Source: Candidatus Binatia bacterium
GTDB lineage: Bacteria; Desulfobacterota; Binatia; UBA9968; JAJDTQ01
Direction: 5' to 3'
NCBI GenBank assembly: GCA_963666515.2
Contig: OY762897.2
Coordinates: 4,448,001 to 4,512,000 of the forward strand
DNA: 64,000 nt
Notes under the pieces: model-generated
Told to the model about the DNA's origin: nothing
Database searches by the model: none
The model's input: the letters and a program-made list of their open reading frames with translations, nothing else
Shown: positions 1-8,925 of the stretch, piece after piece
Position numbering within the stretch: position 1 is the first letter of the stretch
How the letters are laid out: every line of letters begins with the position of its first letter
Made by a program: the position numbers and the translations under genes

Positions 1-692
1 TGGAGCAGACCTTCCAGATCAGCATGGCCGCGCACCGCGGGCCGAGCTGGCTGTGGGAGCGGCCGATAGTGATGGCCATCGCCGGGCTGTGTGTGCTGAC
101 CATCTTCTTCGCCGCGCGCGGCATCGCGCGGAACAGGAAGCTCGACGATCGGCAGGCCGGCGGCGAGGGGACCGAAGTCAATCCCGTCGTGTCACTGCCG
201 CTGTCGCTCTTCCTGTCGGCCATTTTCGTGTACGCGGTGTGGGTGTCGCCGGGCTGGCCGCCCAGCGCGCGACAGTTCCCGATGGCCATCGCCCTGCCCG
301 GCGTCGCCTTGGCGTTGGGGACGCTCTTGATTGACGTCCGCCAACTCTTCGCGCGCCTCAGCGAGTTGGGCGGGCTGACCACGCTGTTTGAGGAAACGCG
401 CGAGAACTTCCAAGTCCGGCCGGCCGCGGCCTTCTTCGGCTACCTGGTGGGTGTCCTGCTCCTGACCGTGGCGCTCGGCCAGAAGATTGCCGTGCCGATC
501 TTCATCGCCGGCTATGTCGCTCTGTGGGGTCGTTATTCCTGGCGGCTTTCAGTCTGCTACGCCTTGGGCGGGTGGGCCGTCCTGGTCGCCTTCTACGACC
601 GCATCGTCCACCTGTTCTGGCATCCCTCGTGGCTGTCGGGCTGGCTGCCGGAACTGCTGCCGGCTTGGCTGCCCGTCTGGCTGCTGATCTGA
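1..692 (+). CDS. Tripartite tricarboxylate transporter permease, 3' part (TctA C-terminus fused to TctB-like domain); partial at window start
   Basis: Frame is open from the window edge (EQTFQISMAAHRGPSWLWERPIV, resembling the TctA C-terminal RPI motif), followed by about 5 TM helices with a TctB-like ARQFP motif. Confidence 0.6.
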   Translation, partial: EQTFQISMAAHRGPSWLWERPIVMAIAGLCVLTIFFAARGIARNRKLDDRQAGGEGTEVNPVVSLPLSLFLSAIFVYAVWVSPGWPPSARQFPMAIALPGVALALGTLLIDVRQLFARLSELGGLTTLFEETRENFQVRPAAAFFGYLVGVLLLTVALGQKIAVPIFIAGYVALWGRYSWRLSVCYALGGWAVLVAFYDRIVHLFWHPSWLSGWLPELLPAWLPVWLLI

Positions 693-726
693 GGGGGCGA
701 AGTAGCCTGGGAGCCCATCCGAACCG

Positions 727-762
727 TCCTTCGACAGGCTCAGGACAGGCGAGGTCGAAGGA
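727..762. repeat. REP-like palindromic intergenic element
   Basis: TCCTTCGAC...GTCGAAGGA inverted repeat enclosing AGGCTCAGGAC, between convergent genes. Confidence 0.55.
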
Positions 763-811
763 CCCATTTCACTGCCCTTGGGAATTCCCGGACAGGCTCC
801 TGGTCCCGCGG

Positions 812-1438
812 TCACTCCTTCTCGGCCGCGCTCGCCGCTGCGTCATCCAGGGCGTTGCCGCGCTGGTATGCTTCGCGTCCGCTGAGCCGCGACCAGTAGG
901 CCTCGAAGGCGGGGCGCTTTTCGATCGTGTCGTATTGCATACCCCAGCCGATGTGAGACCCGACGTACACGTCGGCGGCGGTAAAGGCATCGCCGGCGAC
1001 GTAACCTTCGCCCCCGACGGCTTTCTCCAGGGTGTCCAACACCGTGGCATAGTTGCCGTAGCCCACCATGGATTCCTTGTCCTCCGGTACGGCGAAACCG
1101 AACATGCGGTTGGTGACCGCGGCCTCCAGCGGACCGGCGGCGAAGAACAGCCAGCGGTAGTAGGCGCCGCGCTGTCCGCTGGGCGGCGCCAGTCCGGCGG
1201 CAGGGAAGGCGTCGGCGAGGTAGGCGCAGATGGCCGCGCACTCGGTGACGACCGTGTCGCCGTGGCGGATCGCCGGAACCTTCCCCATGGGGTTGATGGT
1301 CAGGTACTCCGGCGACTTCATCATCGGGCCGAACTCCACCACCTCGGTGCGGTAGGGGACGCCCGACTCCTCCAGCATCCAGCGCACGATGCGCCCGCGC
1401 GACATCGGGTTGGTGTAGAAAACCAGTTCCGCTGTCAT
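812..1438 (-). CDS. Glutathione S-transferase family protein
   Basis: MTAELVFYTNPMSRG, INPMGKVPAI and ECAAICAYLAD GST motifs; RBS AGGAG upstream. The ORF-track 5' extension is spurious. Confidence 0.9.
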   Translation of the reverse strand: MTAELVFYTNPMSRGRIVRWMLEESGVPYRTEVVEFGPMMKSPEYLTINPMGKVPAIRHGDTVVTECAAICAYLADAFPAAGLAPPSGQRGAYYRWLFFAAGPLEAAVTNRMFGFAVPEDKESMVGYGNYATVLDTLEKAVGGEGYVAGDAFTAADVYVGSHIGWGMQYDTIEKRPAFEAYWSRLSGREAYQRGNALDDAAASAAEKE

Positions 1439-1475
1439 CGTTATTCTCCTGTCGGTCCGAAAACCGTCCGCGGGC

Positions 1476-3044
1476 TCACGCGTCCTCCGCCGGCATGTAT
1501 TTCCCCTCCTCGTCCAGGGTGATCTGCCTGCGTTCGTTGAGGCGCCCCACCAAGGCCATGACGGTGGCGAACCCTTCGTCCGAGAAAGCGTCCAGCAGCT
1601 CGCTGAAGGTGAGCCGCTTCTCGCCCAGCATGGCCAGCGCCCGTTCCGCAAGCCGCTCGATGGCGTCGTCGTCGGCAGCCGGCGGTTGTGGCGCGGCCGG
1701 CGACTCGCCCAGGTAGTCGTCCAGTGCCGCCTTGCCCTGGTTGTGGTAGACGATGCGGTTGTAGCGGTAGCGCGGCACGTTCTCCGGAATGGTGGCGTCG
1801 ATGCCCATCTTGGCCGTGGTGGGGACGCCGTTGGCGCTCGGCGGGATGGACGGGTCCAGGGGCTTGGAGCGGGCATTGGACAGGATCACCGTGTCGCGGT
1901 CCGCCTGCACGCGGGTGGCGATGGCCCACTCGACTTCCACGGGGTCGAAGATGTCGATGTCGTCGTCGGTCACCACTACGTACTTGATGTCGGCGATGGA
2001 CAGCAGCGCGGCGATGGCGTTCTTGCCGTCGCCCGGGCTCTTCTTGATGGACGCCACGATGTGCCAGTGGCAGCAGCCTCCCGGCGTCACGTTGATGGCG
2101 GTGACCTGCACGCCCGTCTCGGCCATCACGCGCCACGCCGCCGCCTCGTAGATGGGCGCGCTCATCCACAGGTTCTCCCAGGGCATGTGCAGCGCGTAGT
2201 AGATGGGGTCGCGGCGGTGCAGCACGGACTTGATGTGGACGTTTGGGTTCCGGTGGGTGCCCCCGACCAGGCGCGAGAACTCGCCGAAGGGGCCTTCGGG
2301 ATGCACCCAGCCCTCGGGGGGTATCTCGCCCTCCAGGACGATTTCCGACCCCGCGATGAACGGCACCGGTCCGGCGACTCCCGGCGTCAGCTCCACCGGG
2401 CGCCCGCCGAGACCGCCGGCGAAGCCCAGCTCGTTGGTGCCCAGCGACGCCTTGAAGAGCGCCCCCATCAGCTCCCGGGGGTGCACGCCGATGGAGATGG
2501 AGATGGGCAGCGGGCGGTTCTCCGCCAGCGCCCTCCTGGTGAAGTTGTGGAGGTTGTTGGGGGTGACGATGTCGATGCCGGTGACGTTCCGCTCCTTGAG
2601 CATCAGCCGGTAGCAGCCGGCGTTCATGCCGTACTCGGGGTCCTCGGAGATGACCACCGCGGCGGTGATCATGGGCGCGCCGTCCAGGGTAGAGAAGATC
2701 GGCACTGGCAGCTTGAACAGGTCCACGTCGCCGCCCAGTTGCATGAACTCCTTGACCGGGGCGTCTTCCACCAGGACCGGGTCGATGGAGTTGGACATGG
2801 CCCACTGGAAGCGCTTGTGGATCTCGGGGTAGGGTGCGTCCAGGGCAATGGCCAGGCGCTCCCGCTTCTGGAGCATCCCGCAAGCCACCGGCATGGAGTA
2901 GCCCACGGGATTCTCGAACAGCAGCGCCTTGTCGCTCTGGTCCGTGAGCGCCGCCACGTCCCGCAGGTCCACCGGCTTGCGTATGTCCAGCAGCTCGTCG
3001 TTGTCCCGCAAGAGATCGATGTACTCCCGAAAGGTCCCGTTCAT
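1476..3044 (-). CDS. UbiD family (prFMN-dependent) decarboxylase with C-terminal extension
   Basis: CYRLML, EIVLEG, EGPFGEF, VVTDDDIDIFDPVEVEWAIATR and KMGIDAT motifs; GGAGG RBS. Confidence 0.9.
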   Translation of the reverse strand: MNGTFREYIDLLRDNDELLDIRKPVDLRDVAALTDQSDKALLFENPVGYSMPVACGMLQKRERLAIALDAPYPEIHKRFQWAMSNSIDPVLVEDAPVKEFMQLGGDVDLFKLPVPIFSTLDGAPMITAAVVISEDPEYGMNAGCYRLMLKERNVTGIDIVTPNNLHNFTRRALAENRPLPISISIGVHPRELMGALFKASLGTNELGFAGGLGGRPVELTPGVAGPVPFIAGSEIVLEGEIPPEGWVHPEGPFGEFSRLVGGTHRNPNVHIKSVLHRRDPIYYALHMPWENLWMSAPIYEAAAWRVMAETGVQVTAINVTPGGCCHWHIVASIKKSPGDGKNAIAALLSIADIKYVVVTDDDIDIFDPVEVEWAIATRVQADRDTVILSNARSKPLDPSIPPSANGVPTTAKMGIDATIPENVPRYRYNRIVYHNQGKAALDDYLGESPAAPQPPAADDDAIERLAERALAMLGEKRLTFSELLDAFSDEGFATVMALVGRLNERRQITLDEEGKYMPAEDA

Positions 3045-3180
3045 GGCTCTTTCCACCTCCAGACGGGCAACATAGCCAAGAGATCACACCGCATCAACCG
3101 GGCCGCGATTGACACCCGCGGGACGGCGGGGAATATTGGAGCATGTCCGGCAGGCTTTATCGGAGAGGCGGGAGGCAAGC

Positions 3181-3447
3181 GTGATCGACCGGCAATTGCT
3201 CGACATCCTGGCATGTCCCGAGACCCATGAAGCGGTGTCATTGGCAGATGAGACCCTCATCGAGAGTCTCAACCGGAAGATCGAAGCCGGCCAAGTTGTG
3301 AACCGTGCGGGCGAGAAGGTGACCGAAACCATCGAAGGCGGACTCGTGCGGGAAGACGGCCGGTACCTCTACGCCATCCGCGACGGCATCCCCATCATGC
3401 TCGTAGAGCAGGCGATTCCCCTGGAGGGCGTTGCCAGCGAACGCTGA
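3181..3447 (+). CDS. Trm112-like (YcaR/UPF0434) protein
   Basis: GTG start after GGAGG; LLDILACP and YAIRDGIPIML motifs. Confidence 0.85.
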   Translation: MIDRQLLDILACPETHEAVSLADETLIESLNRKIEAGQVVNRAGEKVTETIEGGLVREDGRYLYAIRDGIPIMLVEQAIPLEGVASER

Positions 3448-3502
3448 CGGTCGCGTCGACCTTGACCTCTTTTCCCCCATGGGCTAGTCAATTCTTCTCC
3501 GT

Positions 3503-3589
3503 GCCGGAGTGGTGGAATTGGTAGACGCGCTGGACTCAAAATCCAGTAGGGGCAACCCTGTGGGGGTTCGAGTCCCCCCTCCGGCACCA
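3503..3589 (+). tRNA. tRNA-Leu(CAA)
   Basis: Cloverleaf GCCGGAG...CTCCGGCACCA; anticodon arm CTGGA-CTCAAAA-TCCAG; long variable arm; GGTTCGAGTCC T-loop. Confidence 0.97.
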
Positions 3590-3615
3590 TGAACCATAAT
3601 TCCACGGAGGTCCCC

Positions 3616-4254
3616 ATGAGCATCCAACTGTACTACGCCCCCGTCACCTGTGCGATGGCGCCCTACATCACGCTGACCGAGGCGGGAGCCGACTTCGAGG
3701 TCAAGGCGCTGAATTTCCGGGCCGGGCAGAACCGCACCGAGGAGTACATGCAGCTCAACCCCAAGCACAAGGTGCCGCTCCTGGTGGTGGATGGGCAGAC
3801 GCTCACCGAGAACGTCGCCATCCAGGTCTGGATCGCGCGCCGCTTCCCGGAGGCAAAGCTGCTGCCGTCGGATCCTTGGGAGGAGGTCAAGGCGATCTCG
3901 ATCATGTCGTGGTGCGCGTCGGGCATCCACCCGTACCTCAGCCGCATCAATTCGCCGGCCAAGGTCAGCGACGTGGCGGGAACCGAAGAGAGCGTGTCCC
4001 GCATCGCCGCGGAGTTCCTGGCCGAGACCAACGGCATCGCCGAGGCAATGCTGGAGGGGCGCGAGTACTTCTTCGACCACTTCACGGCGCCGGACGCGCA
4101 CTTCTTCTGGTGTGTGCGCCGCAGCACCCAGTTCGACATCGACCTGGAGCCCTACCCCAACGTCCGGGCGCACTTCGCGCGCATGCAGACGCGTCCGAGC
4201 GTGCAGAAGCTGCTGGCCTTCGAGAAGGAAACCCAGCAGTCATTCGCTGCGTGA
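3616..4254 (+). CDS. Glutathione S-transferase family protein (beta-like)
   Basis: LYYAPVTCA, LNPKHKVPLL and LTENVAI motifs; GGAGG RBS. Confidence 0.9.
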   Translation: MSIQLYYAPVTCAMAPYITLTEAGADFEVKALNFRAGQNRTEEYMQLNPKHKVPLLVVDGQTLTENVAIQVWIARRFPEAKLLPSDPWEEVKAISIMSWCASGIHPYLSRINSPAKVSDVAGTEESVSRIAAEFLAETNGIAEAMLEGREYFFDHFTAPDAHFFWCVRRSTQFDIDLEPYPNVRAHFARMQTRPSVQKLLAFEKETQQSFAA

Positions 4255-6603
4255 GGGTACTTCGGCCGGCTTGGCCCGCACCAGCCACGCGCCCAGGGCC
4301 GGCAGCAGCACCACCGCGGCGATCATGTTCACCAGGAACATGAACATCAGCACGATGCCCATGTCGGCCTGGAACTTGAGCGGAGCGACGATCCAGGTGG
4401 CCACGCCCGCGGCCAGGGTGAGGCCGGTGAGCACCACGCCGGCGCCGGTGACGTTGAGCGTGCGCTCGTAGGCGTCGGCGAAGTCGAGGCCCTGGTCGAG
4501 GTGGGTGCGCAGCCGGCCGTAGATGTAGATGGCGTAGTCCACGCCGATGCCCACCCCCAGGGCCACCACCGGCAGGGTCGAGATCTTGAGGCCGATCTCC
4601 AGGATCGCCATGAGGCCGTAGGCCAGCAGCGACACCGCGGCCAGCGGCACGATGATGCACGCCGTCGCCGTCACCGAGCGGAACGAGATCAGGCACAGCA
4701 GGATCACCCCGGCGAAGACGTAGCCCAGGATCGGGAACTGGGAGGCGTCCACCTCCTCGTTGGTGGCGGCCATGACGCCCACGTTGCCGCCGGCCAGCCG
4801 GAACTTGATGCGCTCCAGGGTGTTGCGGCGCTGAAAGTCCTTGGTGGCGTCGACGACGCGCTGGATGGTCTCGGCCTTGTGGTCGGTGGTGTAGATCAGT
4901 ACGGGCATTACGCTGCAGTCGTTGTTGATCAGGCCGCTGGCGGTGGGCACCGGGGAGACCGATTGCACCAGGCTGTAGCGGTTCCGCGGCAGCGTGCGCC
5001 ACTTGAGATTGCCCTCGTTCCAGCCGGCGTTGAGGTTGCGGGCGACGCCGGCGAGGCTCAGCACCGACTGGACGCCCTCGACGTTGCGCACGTGCCACGC
5101 GAACTCGTCCAGGGTGGTGAGCACCTCGTAGTCGATGCAGCCGTCCGGCACCGTCTCCGCGAACACCGTGAGCACGTCGACGCCGATCTTGAAGCGGTCG
5201 GTGATGACGGCGATGTCGCGGTTGTAGACGGACTCCGCCCGCAACTCCGGCACCCCCTGATGGCGGTCGCCCACCTCCACCTGCACCGCGTAGTGCGCCC
5301 CCGCGGCCACCAGCACCGCGGCCAGGCCCACGGTCACGGCCGCGGGACCCCGGCGCGCCAGCCGCGCCGTACGCGACCACAACGGCTGCAGCACGTTGTC
5401 GCGTCCGGCCGCGGCCCGCCGCTGCGCGTCGCTCATGCGGATATACGACAGCAGCACCGGCAGCAGCGCCAGGTTGGTCAGGATGATGGCCACGATGCCC
5501 AGGCTGGCGGTGATGGCGGTTTCCCGGATGACCTGCACCTCGATGAGCGAGATGGTGATGAAGCCCACGGAGTCGGAGGCGAGCGCCACGGAGCCCGGCA
5601 GCAGCAGGCGCCGGAAGCTGGCCCGCGCCGCGTCCAGGCCGGCGGCCCCGGCCACCACCTCGGCGCGCACCGCGCTGACCATCTGCACCCCGTGGCTGAC
5701 CCCCACCGCGAACACCAGGAACGGCACCAGGATGGACATGGGATCGATGCCGAAGCCCAGGGCGGTGACCGTGCCGAGCTGCCACACCACCGCTACCAGC
5801 GAGCACACCAGCGGCGGTATGGTGAGACGCACCGAGCGGGTGTAGAGGAACACGAACAGCGCGGTGATCAGGAACGTGATCCCGAAGAACGCGATGACCC
5901 GGACCGCGCCCGCGGCGACGTCCCCCACCAGCTTGGCGAAGCCGATGACGTGCACGTTCACGGCGCCGGTTGCCTCCGCCTTGGCGCGGATATCCTCGAG
6001 CTGGCGCGCCACCTCGATGTAGTCCAGCCGCTCGCCGGTATTGGGGTGGAACTCCTGCAGCCGGCCGCTGACGATGGCGCCGCTGAAGTCGTTGGCCACG
6101 AGCCGGCCGACGACGCCGGCCTTGATGGCGTTCTCGCGCACCCGGGCCAGATCCGCCTGTGTGGCCCGGAAGTTCCCCGGCAACACGTTGCCGGCGGTCA
6201 CGCCGTCCTCCACCACCTCGATGTAGCGCACGTTGGGGGTGAGGATGGAGTAGACCTGGGTGCGGTCGATGCCCGGCAGGAAGAACATGGCGTCGGTGAC
6301 TTGGCGCAGCACCTCGAAGAACTCGGGCGTGAACATGTCGCCCTCGCGCGCGGTGATGGCGATCACCACCCGGTCCGCGTCGCCGAACGTCTCCCGGTGC
6401 TTTAGGAAGGTCTGCATGTACTCGTGCTTGAGGGGCACGAGCTTGAAGAACCCGGCATCCACCCGCAACTGCGCCGCGTACCATCCCATCACCAGGGTGA
6501 TGAGGGCGAAGGCGGCGAGCACGAGCGCGCGGCGGCCGAACAGGCAACGCTCGATGCAGGCCGCGAGCGGGTTCGGCGGGGAGGTGTCGGGTGCGTCCGG
6601 CAT
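4240..6603 (-). CDS. RND/MMPL family transporter
   Basis: 787 aa with two repeats of TM + periplasmic domain + 5 TM; GIGVDYAI motif. Confidence 0.9.
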   Translation of the reverse strand: MPDAPDTSPPNPLAACIERCLFGRRALVLAAFALITLVMGWYAAQLRVDAGFFKLVPLKHEYMQTFLKHRETFGDADRVVIAITAREGDMFTPEFFEVLRQVTDAMFFLPGIDRTQVYSILTPNVRYIEVVEDGVTAGNVLPGNFRATQADLARVRENAIKAGVVGRLVANDFSGAIVSGRLQEFHPNTGERLDYIEVARQLEDIRAKAEATGAVNVHVIGFAKLVGDVAAGAVRVIAFFGITFLITALFVFLYTRSVRLTIPPLVCSLVAVVWQLGTVTALGFGIDPMSILVPFLVFAVGVSHGVQMVSAVRAEVVAGAAGLDAARASFRRLLLPGSVALASDSVGFITISLIEVQVIRETAITASLGIVAIILTNLALLPVLLSYIRMSDAQRRAAAGRDNVLQPLWSRTARLARRGPAAVTVGLAAVLVAAGAHYAVQVEVGDRHQGVPELRAESVYNRDIAVITDRFKIGVDVLTVFAETVPDGCIDYEVLTTLDEFAWHVRNVEGVQSVLSLAGVARNLNAGWNEGNLKWRTLPRNRYSLVQSVSPVPTASGLINNDCSVMPVLIYTTDHKAETIQRVVDATKDFQRRNTLERIKFRLAGGNVGVMAATNEEVDASQFPILGYVFAGVILLCLISFRSVTATACIIVPLAAVSLLAYGLMAILEIGLKISTLPVVALGVGIGVDYAIYIYGRLRTHLDQGLDFADAYERTLNVTGAGVVLTGLTLAAGVATWIVAPLKFQADMGIVLMFMFLVNMIAAVVLLPALGAWLVRAKPAEVPSRSE

Positions 6604-6624
6604 GGGCGGTCCTGGGACGGCGAG

Positions 6625-7557
6625 CTACTCCGGCAGGGGCAGCCGCCGGACGCCGAACTCTCCGGTGAGCAGCACGCTGCCGCCGGCCAGGGGCAACGCC
6701 GACGTGATGCCCTGGCGCGACGGAAGCCGTGTGGCTGACACGCTGCCGCCGCGGTCCCGGCTGGTGAGCAGGATGCCTTCGAGGCCGGTGACGAGCACCC
6801 CTCCGTCCGGTAGACGGACGGCGTTGGTGAGGGTCGCGGTGGTGCCGGTGGCCACCTGCGTCCAGCTCTCGCCCGCGTCGTCGGAACGGAACAGGTGGCC
6901 CCGGAGCCCGTGCAGCAGGATACGGCCGCGGTCGAGCACGAGGGCGCCGTACCATGAACCGGTATACGGGGAGGAAAGCTCGCGCCAGCTCTCGCCCGCG
7001 TCGTCGGAACGGTACAACACTCCCGCCTCCGCCGCCATGAACAGCCGCCCCGCCCCCGCCGGCACGATCTCGTTCAGGTGGAAGTCGTCCTTGCTGATGG
7101 CGCGGGAAGCCCAGGTCCTGCCGCCGTCCCGGGTGGCCAGGAAATAGCCGTAGGCCCCCACCGCGAAGCCCGTCTCCTCGTCCCGGAACCAGACGTCCAG
7201 CAGGGGGCGCTCCTCTTCGGGCGCGCGGTGCATAAGCTTCCAGGTGGCGCCGCCGTCGTCGGTGCGGAGGATCACCGCATCGTGGCCGACGGCCCAGCCG
7301 GTCTTTTCGTCGTGCATGTGCACCGCGGTCAGCAGCGCCCGGGTCGGGACCCGTGCCTGCTCCCAGGTGGTTCCGCGGTCGTCGGAGAACAGGATGTGGC
7401 CGCGCTGGCCCACTGCCAAGATCCTTGGGCCGGCCGCGGCAGTATCCAGCAGCAGGGACTGGACGGCCAAAGGCGCCTCCACCGCCGGTTTGGCGTCCGC
7501 GGAGGCCTGGACGGCGAGGCAGAGGATCAGGATCGGCAGCAGGGCCGCCGGCTTCAC
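6625..7557 (-). CDS. YCF48/BNR-repeat beta-propeller protein
   Basis: GTG start overlapping the upstream stop; signal peptide; repeated SDDxGxTW Asp-boxes. Confidence 0.85.
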   Translation of the reverse strand: MKPAALLPILILCLAVQASADAKPAVEAPLAVQSLLLDTAAAGPRILAVGQRGHILFSDDRGTTWEQARVPTRALLTAVHMHDEKTGWAVGHDAVILRTDDGGATWKLMHRAPEEERPLLDVWFRDEETGFAVGAYGYFLATRDGGRTWASRAISKDDFHLNEIVPAGAGRLFMAAEAGVLYRSDDAGESWRELSSPYTGSWYGALVLDRGRILLHGLRGHLFRSDDAGESWTQVATGTTATLTNAVRLPDGGVLVTGLEGILLTSRDRGGSVSATRLPSRQGITSALPLAGGSVLLTGEFGVRRLPLPE

Positions 7558-8924
7558 CGCCTGCCCGCGCGGCGCAGGGACGAGGGCTTGAAGTCCCTGG
7601 ACTTGAAGTTGACGTCGTAGGTGCACATCGGGAACTCGTTGTCGAGGCCGAGGGCGAGGTAGCGTCCCGCCTGCAGGTCGTGGTGGATTTCCAGGGTCGG
7701 CCAGCTCAGCGGCTTCTCGTAGTAGTTGATGACGTGGCCTTCGGACACCCGCCAGAGCTGGTCGCGGTTGTCGTAGATGTCCACCAGCAGCACTTGCCAG
7801 GAATCCTCGTCGATGTAGAACGTCCGCCGTTTGTAGAGGTGGCTCGCGCCTTCCTTGAGTGTCGCGTCCACGATCCAGACCCGGTGCAACTCGTAACGCA
7901 GGTGCTCCGGGTTGACGTGCAGCGGCTGGATGATGTCGTTGAAGGAGAGCTTGTCGCTGTGCGCCCGGTAGGCGTTGTACGGCACGTACATCTCACGCTT
8001 GCCCACGAGCTTCCAGTCGTAGCGGTCCACCGCTCCGTTGAACATGTCGAACTGGTCCGCGGTGCGCAGCCCGTCCGAGGTGGTGCCCGGGTTGTCGTAG
8101 GCGATGTTCGGCGCGCGCCGCACCCGGCGCTGGCCCGGGTTGTAGGTCCAGGCGCTACGCGGCTGGCGGGCCTGGTTGATGGTCTCGTGCACCAGCACGA
8201 TGTCTCCGGCAAGCCGCGCCGGCGCCGTCACCCGCTGCTTGAACAGGATCATGGTGTTGCCGAGCTTCTCCACGGTCATGTCCGGCAGCGAGTAGCGCAC
8301 GCTCACGTCGACGGCGTACTTGACCAGCGTGTAGTCGCCGCCGCGGGTCACCGCCGCCTGCCCCAGCGTGCAGGACACGGTCTCGCCCCGATAGCGCAGC
8401 AGGTGGTTCCAGATCACCTCCAGGCCGTTCTTGGGGATGGGGAACGGGATGCCGACCACCGCGCCGTCGACGCCGTTGCCGTCATCCACCAGCCTGGCGG
8501 TGGCGGCGATCTTCCGGGTGGCGTCGTAGATGCGCTGAGGGACCGAGGCGCTGCGCCGGGTGGGGTACACCGTCAGTTTGTACGTCGGGTAGGTCTCCAG
8601 CATGCGCTGGTGCCCCAGGGAGAGTTTGTCCCGGTACTTGTCGAGGTTGCTCTTGTCGATGACGAAGAGCGGCTTGTCGCCCGCGTAGGGATCCCGGTGG
8701 TGCTCGCCGAGCTGGTAGCCCGCCGGCGGCTGGGTGATCCCGCCCGTCCACTCGGGGATGGTGCCGTCGGCGTTGCCGGCCCGCTCCGCTCCGAGCGGGG
8801 TCAGGTCCTTGCCGAGCCGCGCGATGTCGTCCGCGGAGATCTCCGCGCCTGCGGAAGAAGCCAGTGCAAACGCCAAGGCGAGCGCTGCGCCGAGTCCAAG
8901 AGCCAGTGCTTTCATGTTGGTCAT
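7554..8924 (-). CDS. DUF1329 family periplasmic protein
   Basis: Signal peptide; LTPLGAERAGNADGTIPEW, YNPGQRRVRRAP and RYELHRVW motifs. Confidence 0.9.
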   Translation of the reverse strand: MTNMKALALGLGAALALAFALASSAGAEISADDIARLGKDLTPLGAERAGNADGTIPEWTGGITQPPAGYQLGEHHRDPYAGDKPLFVIDKSNLDKYRDKLSLGHQRMLETYPTYKLTVYPTRRSASVPQRIYDATRKIAATARLVDDGNGVDGAVVGIPFPIPKNGLEVIWNHLLRYRGETVSCTLGQAAVTRGGDYTLVKYAVDVSVRYSLPDMTVEKLGNTMILFKQRVTAPARLAGDIVLVHETINQARQPRSAWTYNPGQRRVRRAPNIAYDNPGTTSDGLRTADQFDMFNGAVDRYDWKLVGKREMYVPYNAYRAHSDKLSFNDIIQPLHVNPEHLRYELHRVWIVDATLKEGASHLYKRRTFYIDEDSWQVLLVDIYDNRDQLWRVSEGHVINYYEKPLSWPTLEIHHDLQAGRYLALGLDNEFPMCTYDVNFKSRDFKPSSLRRAGRR

Positions 8925-8925
8925 A

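Noticed and set aside
3503-3620. tRNA-Leu as an island integration site
   Set aside because: No integrase, and no duplicated tRNA 3' end noticed downstream
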